From IMG/VR virus record IMGVR_UViG_3300037067_015039, positions 1-64,000 of that record: a DNA stretch of 64,000 nt; one strand, 5' to 3'. The notes beneath the pieces were generated by a model. That model was not told the origin of the DNA. It saw only the letters and a list, made by a program, of their open reading frames with translations, and did not search any database. Shown piece by piece: positions 1 to 11,723 of this stretch. The DNA is from a virus. Lineage: Duplodnaviria > Caudoviricetes. Made by a program: the position numbers and the translations under genes. The first letter of the stretch is position 1. Each line of letters opens with the position of its first letter.

Positions 1-859
1 CATTCTCATCCGTAATCTCAGGATGGGTTGCCATGTAGGTTTTGACCTTCTCATCCAATTTATCAATAATCGGCTTGATAGGAGTTCCAAGAATATTCTT
101 CATGCCAGTCATATAAGCAAGTCTGGCTTCTGCAATCTTTTCATCGGATTTACCGGCTGCTTTCAATCCAGGGATGAATTTATCAAATTCATCACCCCTT
201 AACTTCTGCGTTTGTTCATAAACTTGCTTATTTTCCTCCAATTTTTGTCTTGTTTGGATTGGTCCAAGAGCCTCTAATTTTGCCTTCTCACCCGCGAGAT
301 CAATATGCTGTTTTGCTGTAATTGCCGGGTTAATATGCTGACCAGGTAGAAGTCCAGGGATTGTAGCCGCAGGAGTTCCAGTAGGCGTACTAGAGGCTGG
401 CGGGGCTGGCAGTCCAGTGGGATTTTCCGCAGCCATTGTTTCCGGTGGCGGTGGAGGAGTCTCAGAAGCGGCGCCAAGTGCAGGAGGTGGTGCCTCTTGC
501 GCAGGACTTTGAACATTCCCTTCTCCCTCGTTGGGTTGCTGCCCCCCATCGGCTTGAGCTTGCCTATTTTTCATTAACCCTTGGATAAGGCCGCCAAGTT
601 TAGTAAGCCCACCAATCTTCTGATTCATGGCTTTCTCGGCGTCCATAATAGCTTTATGGGCATTTGTTTCAGCTTGGGTAATAACGGTTTGGGAATTTTT
701 ATCCTGGATAGGCTTCGCCCTTTCGCTATCGGCAATTTCACGATACTTTTGAGCAAGTCCCATAAGATTGTTAAATTGCTCTTCGCGTTGACCATGCCGC
801 TGAGCCATGGTTTTATTATAGCCTTCAAAAAATCCACTGAGCGCAGTTCCCCAACCCAT
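1..859 (-). CDS. Probable internal virion/DNA-ejection protein, N-terminal part (runs off the window end)
   Basis: Not in the ORF track (no stop in window). AGGAGG RBS then ATG at 859: MGWGTALSGFFEGYNKTMAQRHGQREEQF...; open to position 2; helical with a Pro/Ala-rich linker; lies after the tail genes. Confidence 0.65.
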   Translation of the reverse strand, partial: MGWGTALSGFFEGYNKTMAQRHGQREEQFNNLMGLAQKYREIADSERAKPIQDKNSQTVITQAETNAHKAIMDAEKAMNQKIGGLTKLGGLIQGLMKNRQAQADGGQQPNEGEGNVQSPAQEAPPPALGAASETPPPPPETMAAENPTGLPAPPASSTPTGTPAATIPGLLPGQHINPAITAKQHIDLAGEKAKLEALGPIQTRQKLEENKQVYEQTQKLRGDEFDKFIPGLKAAGKSDEKIAEARLAYMTGMKNILGTPIKPIIDKLDEKVKTYMATHPEITDEN

Positions 860-861
860 AG

Positions 862-1200
862 CTACCTCCTACTGCTTCTGCGGCCGGCTTTACGAGATCC
901 GGGGCGTTTTCCTTTAACTCGCTTCTCAATTGATCTGACTAAATCGGCGGGAATAACTACCTCTCCACGCTTCATTTTATAGATTCCAGTTTTAGGGACC
1001 CTCCCTCCTTTATGCATAGCTGGAGGACGAACCATATCGGAAGAAGTGTCGGTGTTGGCTTCAGCAGTCATATCTTTAGCTTCTTTGGGTGACTTTCTGC
1101 TAAAAGCTTTTTTGAAACGATCGACAATACTCCCTTCTTTCTCTTTTTCTTTCAATCCACCAGATAACCCGCTTGCGAATCCACTAATGACTGACCCCAT
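862..1200 (-). CDS. Small basic virion-associated protein (xxKGG...GExV motif, C-terminal RRSSRR)
   Basis: MHKGGRVPKTGIYKMKRGEVVIP motif shared with 26562..26930; Arg-rich tail. Confidence 0.65.
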   Translation of the reverse strand: MGSVISGFASGLSGGLKEKEKEGSIVDRFKKAFSRKSPKEAKDMTAEANTDTSSDMVRPPAMHKGGRVPKTGIYKMKRGEVVIPADLVRSIEKRVKGKRPGSRKAGRRSSRR

Positions 1201-1213
1201 ATAACCCTCTCTT

Positions 1214-1228
1214 GTAAACCCGGTTTAC
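1214..1228. promoter_or_regulatory. Palindrome GTAAACCnGGTTTAC (also at 25029, 38009, 46380 and a variant at 50131)
   Basis: Exact 15-bp dyad seen four times, plus one copy with a single mismatch. Confidence 0.75.
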
Positions 1229-1740
1229 TAGATCATGCCAACCAGGGATCCGATTCCCTGGGCCATACCCATGGCGTTTTCCCGTCCCATTTGAGCGAGA
1301 CCCATATAGGTTCCACCGGATTGACCATATGAAGAGCTTCCGCCTTGCATGCCGCTTAGTCCTGATTGCGTACCTAAATTGGCCTGATTCGCCAGTCTAG
1401 CCAAGGCATCGTTAATTCCACCAGAATAGATTGAAGCCTTTTGTCCAGCTTGAGCGATGCCGGCATTCCTCATTGAGATATCCCGCAATCCCCCGGGGGG
1501 CAATTCTCCGATACCCTTTTTTGCCATGCCATATTGCTGAGTCACCGCATTAATCTGCGGAGCGACAGCAGTTTCCAGGGGACGCCCACCCTTCAAAATA
1601 TTTGACCAATATTGAGAAGTCTGTTGCCTATACGGGGCAGCCTCTCGCCATTGCCCTTGGGCGAAATCGACAAGTTTCCCGCCAATTTCACTCTGCGCTT
1701 TAGCTGTTTGCCGGGCTGCTGATTGATCATCCTTGCCCAT
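1228..1740 (-). CDS. Probable DNA-ejection/pilot protein
   Basis: MGK start, rich in Gly/Ala/Gln/Met, hydrophobic Gly-rich C-terminus; position typical of podovirus ejection proteins. Confidence 0.55.
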   Translation of the reverse strand: MGKDDQSAARQTAKAQSEIGGKLVDFAQGQWREAAPYRQQTSQYWSNILKGGRPLETAVAPQINAVTQQYGMAKKGIGELPPGGLRDISMRNAGIAQAGQKASIYSGGINDALARLANQANLGTQSGLSGMQGGSSSYGQSGGTYMGLAQMGRENAMGMAQGIGSLVGMI

Positions 1741-1742
1741 AA

Positions 1743-2354
1743 TTAGCTCCTTTTAAGGGCGCGGTATTCCTCTTTTGAGAGCCAGGAGACAATCCCTTCA
1801 CATTTCTGACCTTCAAAGGTCGTATATTGAGGAATCCGGAATAGCTCCTTCATCCCCTGTCTCTTGATAAAAATAGAGGATTTCCTGTTAGGCGCCGGGG
1901 TGAGTCCTACAAGAGTGTCAATACTCAAAGCTTCAAACCAATATTCGAAAAGTAGTTCACCGAACGCATCGGAATACGCCGGCTTTTGGTAATCATTAAA
2001 AAATAAAAAGCTTCCAGTTGCCTTAGTTAAGATCCCGCTACAGTTGACGATATCAGAAAGCCATGCCATACCGCAGATATCGACCAGATTATTCTTGTCA
2101 TCCATGAGGCCGAAAATTTGCAGGAGGCATTTATTACCGGAGAAGAAATTGAGGAATTCCAGTAATGTAATATCCGGATGTTCGTGGAAGACAATCTTAT
2201 CCAAATCTTCTTTTTTTAATCGGAAAAACAGGTTAATTAGCGCTTCATGCTGTTCAGTCCCGTTCTGAGGCATATAGGGGATTAAAAGATAAGGCCCCCT
2301 ACGAGGATTAAATTCATATTTCGGTTCTTCTTTTTGCATATTTTGCGTTTCCAT
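1743..2354 (-). CDS. GNAT-fold acetyltransferase-like protein of the tail/ejection module
   Basis: C-terminal pattern LVGLTPAPNRKSSIFIKRQGMKE resembles the RimJ/RimL-type GNAT motif; located before the ejection genes. Confidence 0.6.
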   Translation of the reverse strand: METQNMQKEEPKYEFNPRRGPYLLIPYMPQNGTEQHEALINLFFRLKKEDLDKIVFHEHPDITLLEFLNFFSGNKCLLQIFGLMDDKNNLVDICGMAWLSDIVNCSGILTKATGSFLFFNDYQKPAYSDAFGELLFEYWFEALSIDTLVGLTPAPNRKSSIFIKRQGMKELFRIPQYTTFEGQKCEGIVSWLSKEEYRALKRS

Positions 2355-2407
2355 GACGGTTCTCCCTTTTAATATCCATTTTTATTCTATCACTACCCTG
2401 TCAAGTC

Positions 2408-2785
2408 CTAAATATATCCAAACATGTCATAATTCTCGCCCGGAATTACATGAGGCTCCCGTTGGTCTGGAACCAGGAATATGGTACTGGGATGCGCACA
2501 TGCGATGGGGTCCAGAAAAATCGTAGTCTCGGCACCTGCATTTATAAGTCCCAGATAGTCGCAAGCCTTTACAAACGTATTTAAAATCCCGACCCCATCC
2601 TGGCCCACCATTAAGGGGGAACGCTCGATCACGCCTTCGCTAAAAATAGTTCCCGGATATTCAATATACTCCGGGTTAAGGAAAGTAGTAGTTTCAGCTC
2701 CTGCATTTATAAGAGATGGGTCCGATTGGACCTGTGTAGCCGGTTCTTTTAAAATGATATCTGAAAACTCATAAGGAGAACTCAT
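2408..2785 (-). CDS. Hypothetical virion protein with an internal duplication
   Basis: LINAGAETT.FL.P...P.TIF occurs twice. Confidence 0.6.
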   Translation of the reverse strand: MSSPYEFSDIILKEPATQVQSDPSLINAGAETTTFLNPEYIEYPGTIFSEGVIERSPLMVGQDGVGILNTFVKACDYLGLINAGAETTIFLDPIACAHPSTIFLVPDQREPHVIPGENYDMFGYI

Positions 2786-3583
2786 TTACGCAACCCTTAT
2801 TGCTTGTAAGAAACCGCCATACACTGACACGGGTACTCCGCTAACCACAAACGACCCGAGAGTGCTGCCATCAACTGGGATCTTAATAAGTGAACCGGGA
2901 GAGAATATATCAGGAACACAAATATGCTGATAACATCTTCCGCAAAAAGCAAATGATACCGTAGCCGTAGTGCTAAAAACTTCTTTGGGATGGAAAATAA
3001 TTCCGCCCGATTGTTTGTATTTTACTCCGCCACCACCACCAATATTTGTATAGTCTATGCATCGAACAGTTTGTGTTGGGGTAGCATTGTCAATCATACA
3101 CAGTGCGACTATCGTTCTAGGCCCGGCAGACCCACCTGCGTTTGTAAGCCACCCCGCATTATAGACATATTTGGTATGGGCGTTCTGCGCCTCCGGACTG
3201 AGATCCAGGATCCCACTACAGAGGTGCTCTACCACCTGCGTAGGCCAAAGGGCTTCAACGTGAAAATGATACTGACCAGTGAATAAGCTCACCGTGCTGG
3301 TTGTACCAGCCACGGCACTTATTTCCATTCGCCTAGACAACAAGGCGGTGCCATCTTGATCAGTGGTCGCCATCTCTAATGTATCAGCATCTACCCTGGT
3401 AAAAACATCCGTGTGGAAGCGTCCAACTGCATCTACGGGTGAGGTATAGGAACCGCCACCATTATCCGTCCACCCCGAAGCCACAAGTTCAATCGCAATA
3501 TTGTCTAGAATGGTCTGGACGTCGGTGACGCCAGCAAATTTAAGGAATCGATAAGTAGAAGAAAGAAATGCAGGAGCTGTCAT
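2786..3583 (-). CDS. Tail-associated structural protein (paralog of 3585..4373)
   Basis: Beta-rich; N-terminus MTAPAFL...ELV..GWTD.GG similar to the neighbour. Confidence 0.6.
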   Translation of the reverse strand: MTAPAFLSSTYRFLKFAGVTDVQTILDNIAIELVASGWTDNGGGSYTSPVDAVGRFHTDVFTRVDADTLEMATTDQDGTALLSRRMEISAVAGTTSTVSLFTGQYHFHVEALWPTQVVEHLCSGILDLSPEAQNAHTKYVYNAGWLTNAGGSAGPRTIVALCMIDNATPTQTVRCIDYTNIGGGGGVKYKQSGGIIFHPKEVFSTTATVSFAFCGRCYQHICVPDIFSPGSLIKIPVDGSTLGSFVVSGVPVSVYGGFLQAIRVA

Positions 3584-3584
3584 C

Positions 3585-4373
3585 TTATGCCACCCTTATA
3601 GCTAAACGCCGATAACTTGATGTGATCAATCTTAAAATATAGAAATCTCCCGTTACTCCCGTATCGATTGGGACCGTCATCACCGACCCAAATGCCGAGG
3701 GATAGCATATGACGCACTGGGGAAGACGGCCTATAAGCACGTCGCCGGTTTCAAAATCAGCCGGAGCGAAAACAAACGCTCCGGAAGGAGTTATAAAATT
3801 TGAGGTTCCAGAATAAATACCACGAGGGACGATGGGATACCCACTCCCGGCATACGCAGTCCCAGTTAACGTTAGATACCACCAATAATGAAATGCATCC
3901 GAAGTCAAGTTCCCTGCGTTATTACGAGGACCTTGGGTGCAAACCCATGACGGACGCACCATTCCTGGCGTGTCCGGCCACACATTGAGCCTAGCCACCA
4001 AAAATACTTCAGCGGTTGCTCTCTCGGTCTCTACGCAAAAATAATCCGGACCTGAGAAAATATAGAAAGCGCACCCGCCCGCATCAATGTCTTGACGTGT
4101 GTCTGTTGCGTTATTAACCAATAGGCCGTTACTGTCATACACTATATACGATAGTCTGGTTGCGGAAATTCTCGCTAATGTAACGGTTACAAAGCTTCCA
4201 TCCAATGCATTTGGCGGCGATTTAAACGGACCCGTGCCTGCGCCTCCTGTATCCGTCCAGTCTCCATTTGTGACGAGTTCTGTATTTAGAGCCGTTATTA
4301 TGTCGGCCACATCTGCCGTTGCTGCAAAAAGAGTGGCGCGGAACCCATTATTGAGAAAGTCTGGAACTGCCAT
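3585..4373 (-). CDS. Tail-associated structural protein (paralog of 2786..3583)
   Basis: MAVPDFL...ELVTNGDWTDTGG; both genes end xIRVA. Confidence 0.6.
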   Translation of the reverse strand: MAVPDFLNNGFRATLFAATADVADIITALNTELVTNGDWTDTGGAGTGPFKSPPNALDGSFVTVTLARISATRLSYIVYDSNGLLVNNATDTRQDIDAGGCAFYIFSGPDYFCVETERATAEVFLVARLNVWPDTPGMVRPSWVCTQGPRNNAGNLTSDAFHYWWYLTLTGTAYAGSGYPIVPRGIYSGTSNFITPSGAFVFAPADFETGDVLIGRLPQCVICYPSAFGSVMTVPIDTGVTGDFYILRLITSSYRRLAIRVA

Positions 4374-4374
4374 A

Positions 4375-6081
4375 TCAAACTCCGTAAATATTAGTCAGAA
4401 ATCCTGTGATTACATATTTGCTTTCGGAAGAATTATAAACCAATTGAAGCATGTCGGTTGCGGCTATCGTAGAAGTCAAAACAGGATCCGGGACATTGGA
4501 TGGCTTAACAATCTGATTTCCAAATGCTAAAGTCCGGCCGCCAGTGCCATCCTGTTTGATTTCATATCTGAGGATTTGGCCGTCATAGGCGCCGGATGGA
4601 TTGCCTAAAGTTCGGTTTCCACCCAATGTAATCCTGAAATGGTTCCCCAACGAAGCATCCGTAACGATCGTGGCGGCATCGGCCAAGGTTACGACCTTCG
4701 GCCCCAATTGACCATCCATGGCACGGGCGCCACTTATCGGCAGATATTGAGTGTGGTCGTCAGCCGGAGCCACTAACCCAGTCAATCCTGAATGTGCCGA
4801 TACCCCGCCTTCATCCTTCCACGCTGAGCCATCCCAGTATTGAGCTTTGTGGAGGGTCACGTCGTAGACTTTTAGGCCCTCAGCAGGGGAAGCAATCGCT
4901 GCAATTTGAGCCGTGGTCATTCTTGGAGTGAGGAAACCTTTAACCGTTGATGTTAAGTCTAAAATGGCCGATGCATCGGGAGTCAAAATCCCAACGCCAA
5001 CCGAGCCAGACACAAATAATCCCGTGCTAAGAATACGTAAGATTTCAGCAACACTAGTACCGCTTGTGCCGATGCAGAAAGATATAGGAGTTCCGGCGGT
5101 CGCCCCGGCAGTGGCGGCCTTATTTATGGCAAAGAAATATGTCATCAATGTTGATTGCTCTATGTATAACTGATAAGCGCCGGCATCAACTACATTCTTG
5201 TTCGTGGACACCACCAAGTCGGTAGTTTTCTGGACGCCAGGGGATGAAAATAGAGGGAGCACGACAAATGATACTTTCGCATCGCCGGCATCCTGGCCAA
5301 TCGCCATTGTACATAGAGGATAACCATTATATGGATTAGTTGATACAAAGTTTGAAAGAGTTATTTTATCGTAAGGAAATGCTCCAGGTGTGGACTGGCT
5401 ATTTATTTCTCCTTTCACGTCCATGGGGTAGGCGGGATTGTTTATGCCCACTCCCACTTTATCGGTGAGGGTATTGGGATAAAGATAGCCGTTTACGGCA
5501 TCCCTTGCCCAGAAGATTCCCTGATAGAGTCCATCGAAATACGTCTTTAGCGTTGCCTTGACGTTTGCCCATGACAGTTTCGCCAGGATATTACCTGTTG
5601 CACTATCCATTAACCCCAGGTGGTCGGCGTCGACAGGGGTCGCCTTATCATCCGCAGCGGCGATAATATCCCCGATACTCTGCGCTGTTTCATCGCCAGA
5701 ATTGGTTCCTGAAGTATTCCCGATGACTATCTTTTCCGCATTGGTTACATAATTATCGTCTGCTCCTTTTGCAGGCTCAAACCCCGTATGACCACTGGAA
5801 GCGTAATCAAGATTGCTTAAAGTTGAATGGGCGTGGGTGTGCGTAGTCGGGGAAAACCCTGTATGGCCAGAAGCTGCATAAGCTAAATGCGTTAATGCAG
5901 CATGGTCAGTTGTGCCGCCCCCGCCACCAGACGTTTGAATAGTAGATACATCTTTAGCAGTTGCACCTATTCTATTCTGGATCTGGCGCAGGATAAAATT
6001 GAGCTTTTCATGTTTAGCGCGTTCATCCAGCCCGGGATCAACCTGATATATTTTCAGTTCACTTGATTCGGTCATAATCAA
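4375..6081 (-). CDS. Tail fibre protein
   Basis: Repeats HxxLxxLxYAxSGHTGF; VGVGINNP and [23 protein letters not shown] fibre motifs; C-terminal [11 protein letters not shown]...[11 protein letters not shown] domain. Confidence 0.8.
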   Translation of the reverse strand: MIMTESSELKIYQVDPGLDERAKHEKLNFILRQIQNRIGATAKDVSTIQTSGGGGGTTDHAALTHLAYAASGHTGFSPTTHTHAHSTLSNLDYASSGHTGFEPAKGADDNYVTNAEKIVIGNTSGTNSGDETAQSIGDIIAAADDKATPVDADHLGLMDSATGNILAKLSWANVKATLKTYFDGLYQGIFWARDAVNGYLYPNTLTDKVGVGINNPAYPMDVKGEINSQSTPGAFPYDKITLSNFVSTNPYNGYPLCTMAIGQDAGDAKVSFVVLPLFSSPGVQKTTDLVVSTNKNVVDAGAYQLYIEQSTLMTYFFAINKAATAGATAGTPISFCIGTSGTSVAEILRILSTGLFVSGSVGVGILTPDASAILDLTSTVKGFLTPRMTTAQIAAIASPAEGLKVYDVTLHKAQYWDGSAWKDEGGVSAHSGLTGLVAPADDHTQYLPISGARAMDGQLGPKVVTLADAATIVTDASLGNHFRITLGGNRTLGNPSGAYDGQILRYEIKQDGTGGRTLAFGNQIVKPSNVPDPVLTSTIAATDMLQLVYNSSESKYVITGFLTNIYGV

Positions 6082-9000
6082 AAGCTCTGGGGTGGAACAA
6101 GTTTAATCCTGGCGTATCCATCTTCCCCATTCATGTTCTTTATTTCGACTTCGCTCTTTTCCCAATAAAGCTGGAAAGCAAAGGATGAAGAAAATATAAG
6201 TCTGAAAAGTCTTCCTCGGATAGCGCTTTCTAAATCTACTCTGATTTTCGAATGTCCAGTTGATCGGCGATCGGCCGTAATGGTTTTTGTCGAAGCCAAA
6301 ACATCATCAGCGTAGAGTTCCATCGTCACGTCGGAATCAGGATTTTTCATTGCAATCCAGAATCTTCGAATGATTTTGGTACGATCATAATTCATCAATT
6401 GTTCATAGGTATCCGAGAATGTGACGTCGGCCGGATCCTTATCTGTCACGTACCGAACGCTATAAACCCTAACGCCCTGGGGTAGGCAGCAGAATGGATC
6501 AAGATAATCTTCGTCGACGGTGATACGCCCGAGCTTTCCGAAAGAATCCTTCTCGAGGGAATGAGTGATTAATTGCCGAGTAGCGCATTGGACATCAAAG
6601 CTTTCCTTAATTGCTCCATCGAGCCAGAAATCAAACCCGATCGGTACATTATTTGTGTCGATATCCAGGATCACTTCTTTCCAAAGTTTTGGATAAGGCC
6701 ATTGCTCCTCAGACCAAGGCATTTGAAAACTGTTTATCAATGCCGGCTCTTCCAGCACATTGAATTTATGGGCATAAACCTTAACCTCATTTTCCCCAGT
6801 AGGAACAATTTTCAACCTGACCAGAGTTCCCCTGATATCGGGAGGAAGGCCATAAAAGAATCTCTGCCGGCCAGTACTGGTGGTGTTTGCCCTGATCGTA
6901 GTTGCTAAAGCCTGGTCGACCTGGACTTGGATTTCTTCGAGCGGGGCGCCGAATGTATCCAATTCAATCATCAATTCTCGGAAATATTTTTGAGTTGGGA
7001 TGCCGCAATCATCCCATTGGGTTACAAAAGTTCGATGCCGGATAGGCTCAACCAAGATCCGGTGTATAATTTTATAAAACCTGGTTAACCCTGTAGCTGT
7101 AGCTAAAGTAGTCGCCAGCATCCGAATACGGGTTCTCCGGCAAAACTTTCCTTCAGATTCTCCTACAAGGATTGGAAGAATCTTTTGCTCTCTCCCGGAA
7201 GTGATAATACTCCCCATTGGATCCGGAGAGGCGCCGTCAAAAGAAAGTTGAACATCAATTGCGTACCCTTGGGTATCCACGTCAAAGACATAATCTATGA
7301 AATGCTTTTCTTGGTCCGGCATGCCAAGATCATAATCCTTGGTATCTACAATCCAAGATATTCCCTGAACTCCATCTGCGCAGTAATCGACAAACCCTTC
7401 CTCAAGTTGTAACGCCCAATTCCCACCATAAATAAATGAAGTAGGGCCATCAAGTATTGATGCCCACATAGCCAAATTGCACCCGACTAAGATATTAGTA
7501 TTAGGCTCATTAAATAGACACTGAGCTCCGTAACCGTAAAAATGCCAGCGTTCATAAAGCATATCCCAAACGTATGTCCCATCATTTTTGACAGTGGCAT
7601 CCGATGACATTGGAAAGCTGAAGTAAAGTTTTGAGTCCCAAAAAGCCATCGCTGATAGGTATTCCCGGTCTTTGATCATTCCAGGCATACTATTCATGGT
7701 TTCATTTTTAAAGACCTGATTTATAGGTTCACTAATTTTCCGGCCGGATGGATATTCGTAGATTCCATCATAAGCTTGCATATAAAGCCCTCGGGTGCCA
7801 CGCGCCAAGCCATGGGGGTTAATTAACCCTTGGTTGACGGCCGTAGACCCGGCCGTATAATCACTGAGGGTTGATCCAGAAATTCTATAAACTCGCGTCA
7901 AAGTAAAAACAAAGAGTTCTCCGTCATGCTCCATAACTCTTTGAATTTGTTCTGATCCGGCGCCAACATAAATGTAATTTTCAGCCGGGAAGAGTTCTAT
8001 CCTAACCCTCTTCGAAAATCTTAGACGATTAGGTGGTTCTGGAATTACATTCCCATCTGAATCGGTATATGAACCTCCCCAGGTCCAAAGTCGATTATCG
8101 GCAACCTCAAGTCCTAAGACATTATTGACTGGCAACTGGTTATCCAGTTCTGCCGGGTCTCCTAATTCTGAATCAGGGACATTATCTAAAAATGCTGGTG
8201 GCGACCCTCCTGCAACATAATCTATTTCAGCAACCAACTGATATTGAGTGACTGTTCCCCCCATGCGATATACTCTGATTTTGTCAGGGTTTGCCAAAGG
8301 CGGGGTAGTGAATGGGCAAGGGGGAAAATATAAATTTACCTGTTGATCAGTTAAAGGACCCAGATCATTAAGAAAAACATCGGATAGATCGCTTTCAGTA
8401 TCTGTTTTGCTGTCATAATAAGTATAGGCCCATTGGAGATCGCTTCCTACCAACTTGCCAGTGGGGGAATAAATTACGCTGTCAAAACTGACGCTATTTG
8501 TCTCACCCCCGGTTGCCGGGTCAATATTGTCAATCTCTAGACCAATCCCGCTAATGGTGTTCCACCCGAGAGTTGACTGAGTTTCACCGCTATTATTCAG
8601 GAATACAAAGTCCGTTTTAGCTATTTGAATTTCAGTCCAAGCTCCTACAACAAATGTGTCGAAATCTGAAAAAGTACCTGTGGCAAAATACTGATAGATT
8701 GCCCCTGTGTCTCCGGGGATGTCACTCACCACTAAGATGATTTTAATAGCCGCGGCGTTGGCAAGCGCTTCTGCATCGTTGAATTTCACCCAAACTTTTA
8801 TGTATTCCCCTGGGTCCGAAGATCCCATGTCAATAACAATAGTATTCCCATAGCTATTGGTAAAAGCTTTTGTCGCTCTACCCATCACGCCATCTCCGGT
8901 GATATCTATTTGGATGGCATTTCCGGTTTTGCCAGCGGCGTCAGCAGAGACTGTACCTTTATTACATAAAGGTACGCCTAAAGGAGAGAGTTCAATCCCA

Positions 9001-10361
9001 CCGGATGGCTCATCATAAACATCAGTCAGAGCCATCGGGGTAGTATTCGCTAACCTTAAATTGTCAGGGTCCGTCCCAATATAAAGATTCCAAGAAACCG
9101 ATCCAACGGGTGCCGTGTCGGATGCATCAAAAGTGTTGATCACATAAGCCAAACCAATTTTATGAACATATGGGTGAGGAATAGCGGGAGACCCAATTGA
9201 TCGTCCGATAAATCCTATAAAAAGATTAGATACCGTAGCGGTTCCAGCAGGGATGGTAATGCTGTAGGCTGTTGTCCCCCCTGTTCCGCCAAAACTTTCG
9301 GTAATTCTTTTATTGGTCGTAACAACCATGGAATCAACATATGTCCCATATTTACCATTAATCCCAGTGACATATTCATCGTCATCTAACGTGATAGTTG
9401 TAAGAGATCCTCCTGGGCCGCCATGTGAGGGTCCATCTGTGAGCGTTCCATCTGGTGATTGGTAAACTAACTGGATCCGATCAATATAAGTGCCATGATT
9501 GATTTTTATTTGATAAACTCTTGCCCCCGCGGGGAAATTTGCCAATCCATCAGTAAAAGCAAACCCGCCACCACCACCATATTGGGCTGAGTAGCCCATT
9601 GTAATGTCAGGCTTTTTCCAATAAATTCTTGCTGCCTTTTCCGGGGGGATCCAAACATAAGGGTTTGATATTCCGCTCGGGCAACTTTCAACCGCGCTAC
9701 CATCAATAAATGTATGCTTGGCGTAATACCACCGCGGCCCCAAAACTCCAGGACTGTTTACCCACCATATGGTGGGGCAGTAGGGAGCTGCGACGGCGGC
9801 GGCATCTCCACCTGTCCACTCAGTGTAATCTTCACAAGCTTCAATTACTGTATCTTCAGTCGGAACAATTACTATCCCCTCTAAAGGTTTTTCCGGTCGC
9901 GGAATTCCAATCCTTCTCAAAGATTCAGCGTCACCAGGATGCTTCAGAAAAACAGTCCCATCTGCCATTATCATATAGGGTTTTGTTTCGATTCCGCTCA
10001 AAGTGTAATTGGCGAAAAAAGCTCTGGGATCTGATCCTGAAGATAAGTTGGATCCTCCTGAGACAGGAACAAAATCAGATGGAGTGGGATAAACCTGTGC
10101 AATATACAATTGCCTGCCTGCAATTACGTATCGCCAAATATTTCCGTCATAATCCTTCATTAAATATGACGAATATGGGACTGAGGGCAGTCCTGCGTTT
10201 AAACGAGCAAAGCCTTTTCTTACAGCGAGAGAATTCTCTTGATCAGTGAAGACATTTACAAGAGCGGTATAGGCATCGATCGGGATTTCGTCCGGTGCGG
10301 ATTTGAGAATAATGCCCTTATTGGCAAAAGTTATAGGGATACTCTTAATTTCTTCAGCCAT
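6078..10361 (-). CDS. Large tail protein (nozzle/tubular-B-like) with an inserted jacalin-like lectin domain
   Basis: 1427 aa; N-terminal PDEIP...LVNV...LAVRKG and propeller-like NRLRFS / FWDSKLYFS segments; follows the adaptor genes; jacalin-like insert at about aa 260-408. Confidence 0.7.
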   Translation of the reverse strand: MAEEIKSIPITFANKGIILKSAPDEIPIDAYTALVNVFTDQENSLAVRKGFARLNAGLPSVPYSSYLMKDYDGNIWRYVIAGRQLYIAQVYPTPSDFVPVSGGSNLSSGSDPRAFFANYTLSGIETKPYMIMADGTVFLKHPGDAESLRRIGIPRPEKPLEGIVIVPTEDTVIEACEDYTEWTGGDAAAVAAPYCPTIWWVNSPGVLGPRWYYAKHTFIDGSAVESCPSGISNPYVWIPPEKAARIYWKKPDITMGYSAQYGGGGGFAFTDGLANFPAGARVYQIKINHGTYIDRIQLVYQSPDGTLTDGPSHGGPGGSLTTITLDDDEYVTGINGKYGTYVDSMVVTTNKRITESFGGTGGTTAYSITIPAGTATVSNLFIGFIGRSIGSPAIPHPYVHKIGLAYVINTFDASDTAPVGSVSWNLYIGTDPDNLRLANTTPMALTDVYDEPSGGIELSPLGVPLCNKGTVSADAAGKTGNAIQIDITGDGVMGRATKAFTNSYGNTIVIDMGSSDPGEYIKVWVKFNDAEALANAAAIKIILVVSDIPGDTGAIYQYFATGTFSDFDTFVVGAWTEIQIAKTDFVFLNNSGETQSTLGWNTISGIGLEIDNIDPATGGETNSVSFDSVIYSPTGKLVGSDLQWAYTYYDSKTDTESDLSDVFLNDLGPLTDQQVNLYFPPCPFTTPPLANPDKIRVYRMGGTVTQYQLVAEIDYVAGGSPPAFLDNVPDSELGDPAELDNQLPVNNVLGLEVADNRLWTWGGSYTDSDGNVIPEPPNRLRFSKRVRIELFPAENYIYVGAGSEQIQRVMEHDGELFVFTLTRVYRISGSTLSDYTAGSTAVNQGLINPHGLARGTRGLYMQAYDGIYEYPSGRKISEPINQVFKNETMNSMPGMIKDREYLSAMAFWDSKLYFSFPMSSDATVKNDGTYVWDMLYERWHFYGYGAQCLFNEPNTNILVGCNLAMWASILDGPTSFIYGGNWALQLEEGFVDYCADGVQGISWIVDTKDYDLGMPDQEKHFIDYVFDVDTQGYAIDVQLSFDGASPDPMGSIITSGREQKILPILVGESEGKFCRRTRIRMLATTLATATGLTRFYKIIHRILVEPIRHRTFVTQWDDCGIPTQKYFRELMIELDTFGAPLEEIQVQVDQALATTIRANTTSTGRQRFFYGLPPDIRGTLVRLKIVPTGENEVKVYAHKFNVLEEPALINSFQMPWSEEQWPYPKLWKEVILDIDTNNVPIGFDFWLDGAIKESFDVQCATRQLITHSLEKDSFGKLGRITVDEDYLDPFCCLPQGVRVYSVRYVTDKDPADVTFSDTYEQLMNYDRTKIIRRFWIAMKNPDSDVTMELYADDVLASTKTITADRRSTGHSKIRVDLESAIRGRLFRLIFSSSFAFQLYWEKSEVEIKNMNGEDGYARIKLVPPQSF

Positions 10362-10363
10362 AA

Positions 10364-11023
10364 TTAACCCGCCGCATTCATTTGCAATGCTGTTCCAAAA
10401 ACCAGCCTATTAGCCAAAGCAACCCCGAGCAAATATCTTTGCTGACAATAAGAACTCCTAACAACGTCTTGCATATCCCCATCTTTACCAAGCGCCAATG
10501 AAAGAACATTCCAACGGATATAAGGCTCCCAAGCATCTATAAAGGGAATGTCTTCCAGATACCCTGCTGGATAAGCTGCATGTTCTGTCGGAATAACCGT
10601 ACAAAAGAATCTATAGGTTCCGCCTGCTATCGGGCGGCGATCAACCTCAAGATCATTTACATTCAAATGATCCTCATGCCAATAACGCGGTGACCCCGGT
10701 GGATTATTCCTCCAGTTTTGGTTTTCCCTGGTAAGATCCCACGTTGTCTGCCGGCGAAGCCTTTTTCCATTAAAACTGATTCTTTCAATATCCATTGCTC
10801 CAGTGGGTTTTTGAAATAGTATGGCATTGCCGGCTGGTAATATTACGGGAACATCTGAAATTACAATTGCTGTTCTCCGAAGGAAATCTTTTTCTGTGTA
10901 ATTGACGTATCCGATCATTTCGTCCGGAGTCCAGTATGGCGCCTGAGTCCCAAGAGCAAAGGTATTGTCTTTCTCGTGAAGGTCTTTAGCTATTTTAGCT
11001 AAAACTTGCCCTACTGTTGTCAT
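10364..11023 (-). CDS. Head-tail adaptor / tail tubular protein A-like
   Basis: YWTPDEMIGYVN, G.PRYW and ALGKDGD motifs typical of podovirus adaptor-type proteins. Confidence 0.65.
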   Translation of the reverse strand: MTTVGQVLAKIAKDLHEKDNTFALGTQAPYWTPDEMIGYVNYTEKDFLRRTAIVISDVPVILPAGNAILFQKPTGAMDIERISFNGKRLRRQTTWDLTRENQNWRNNPPGSPRYWHEDHLNVNDLEVDRRPIAGGTYRFFCTVIPTEHAAYPAGYLEDIPFIDAWEPYIRWNVLSLALGKDGDMQDVVRSSYCQQRYLLGVALANRLVFGTALQMNAAG

Positions 11024-11715
11024 TATGACTTACTCCCCGGAGTAACATTCCCGATCATAGTAGCTTCAGACGACTTTGTTTCCGGAGCCACATCCCAAGA
11101 TGGATATCTCCTAATCACATTCCGGCCACTGAGTTCCTGTACTGCCGTAAGGAACCTCCCATAAAATGCCTCAATTTGATTGAGTTCTGGGCCTCCTTCA
11201 CGGAACATCGCCCGATGCACCATATAATCCTCAATCGCCGGTTCGTACTCCGGCCGGATTGAGAGAACCATAGATCCATCGGTAATAGGGGGGTGCTGAA
11301 TTAATTCTTCCACGTACATGGATGTCGGATTTACAAGCGGCCGCGGCGCAATAATAAATTTATTAGCTCCAAGCCCACACCAGGTTAAAATATTCATCCT
11401 GATTGCAGACGAACTCTCCCATTGAATTTCATTATCCAGATCTTCTATAAATTCTTTTTGAAGATATTTTCCATTGACTCTCACAGCCAAAGGAGCGATA
11501 GCAGTGGAAGAAATTGTGTAGAGATTTACATTTACCAGGCTGGAAATGGTTTCGGTTCCCTGGATCTCGGCAGCTATGAGATTCAGTTCATTAACTGCCT
11601 CTATGAGATATTCGAGCATATCCGCTCGAGTCCAATGGACTGGGGCTGTAATACTCAGTTCGGAAAGGCGCCGAATCGCCTGATCTATGATTTGACTTGT
11701 CGTTGCCATTAGCAC
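11023..11715 (-). CDS. Second head-tail adaptor paralog
   Basis: HWTRADMLEYL.EAV, IAPRP and YEPAIEDY motifs parallel 10364..11023. Confidence 0.6.
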   Translation of the reverse strand: MLMATTSQIIDQAIRRLSELSITAPVHWTRADMLEYLIEAVNELNLIAAEIQGTETISSLVNVNLYTISSTAIAPLAVRVNGKYLQKEFIEDLDNEIQWESSSAIRMNILTWCGLGANKFIIAPRPLVNPTSMYVEELIQHPPITDGSMVLSIRPEYEPAIEDYMVHRAMFREGGPELNQIEAFYGRFLTAVQELSGRNVIRRYPSWDVAPETKSSEATMIGNVTPGSKS

Positions 11716-11723
11716 TCACAGTA

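Noticed and set aside
274-982. ORF-track entries 274..549, 625..837 and 581..982, and the + strand ORFs generally
   Set aside because: They are alternative-frame or antisense shadows of RBS-bearing minus-strand genes; the real gene here starts at 859 and runs off the window.
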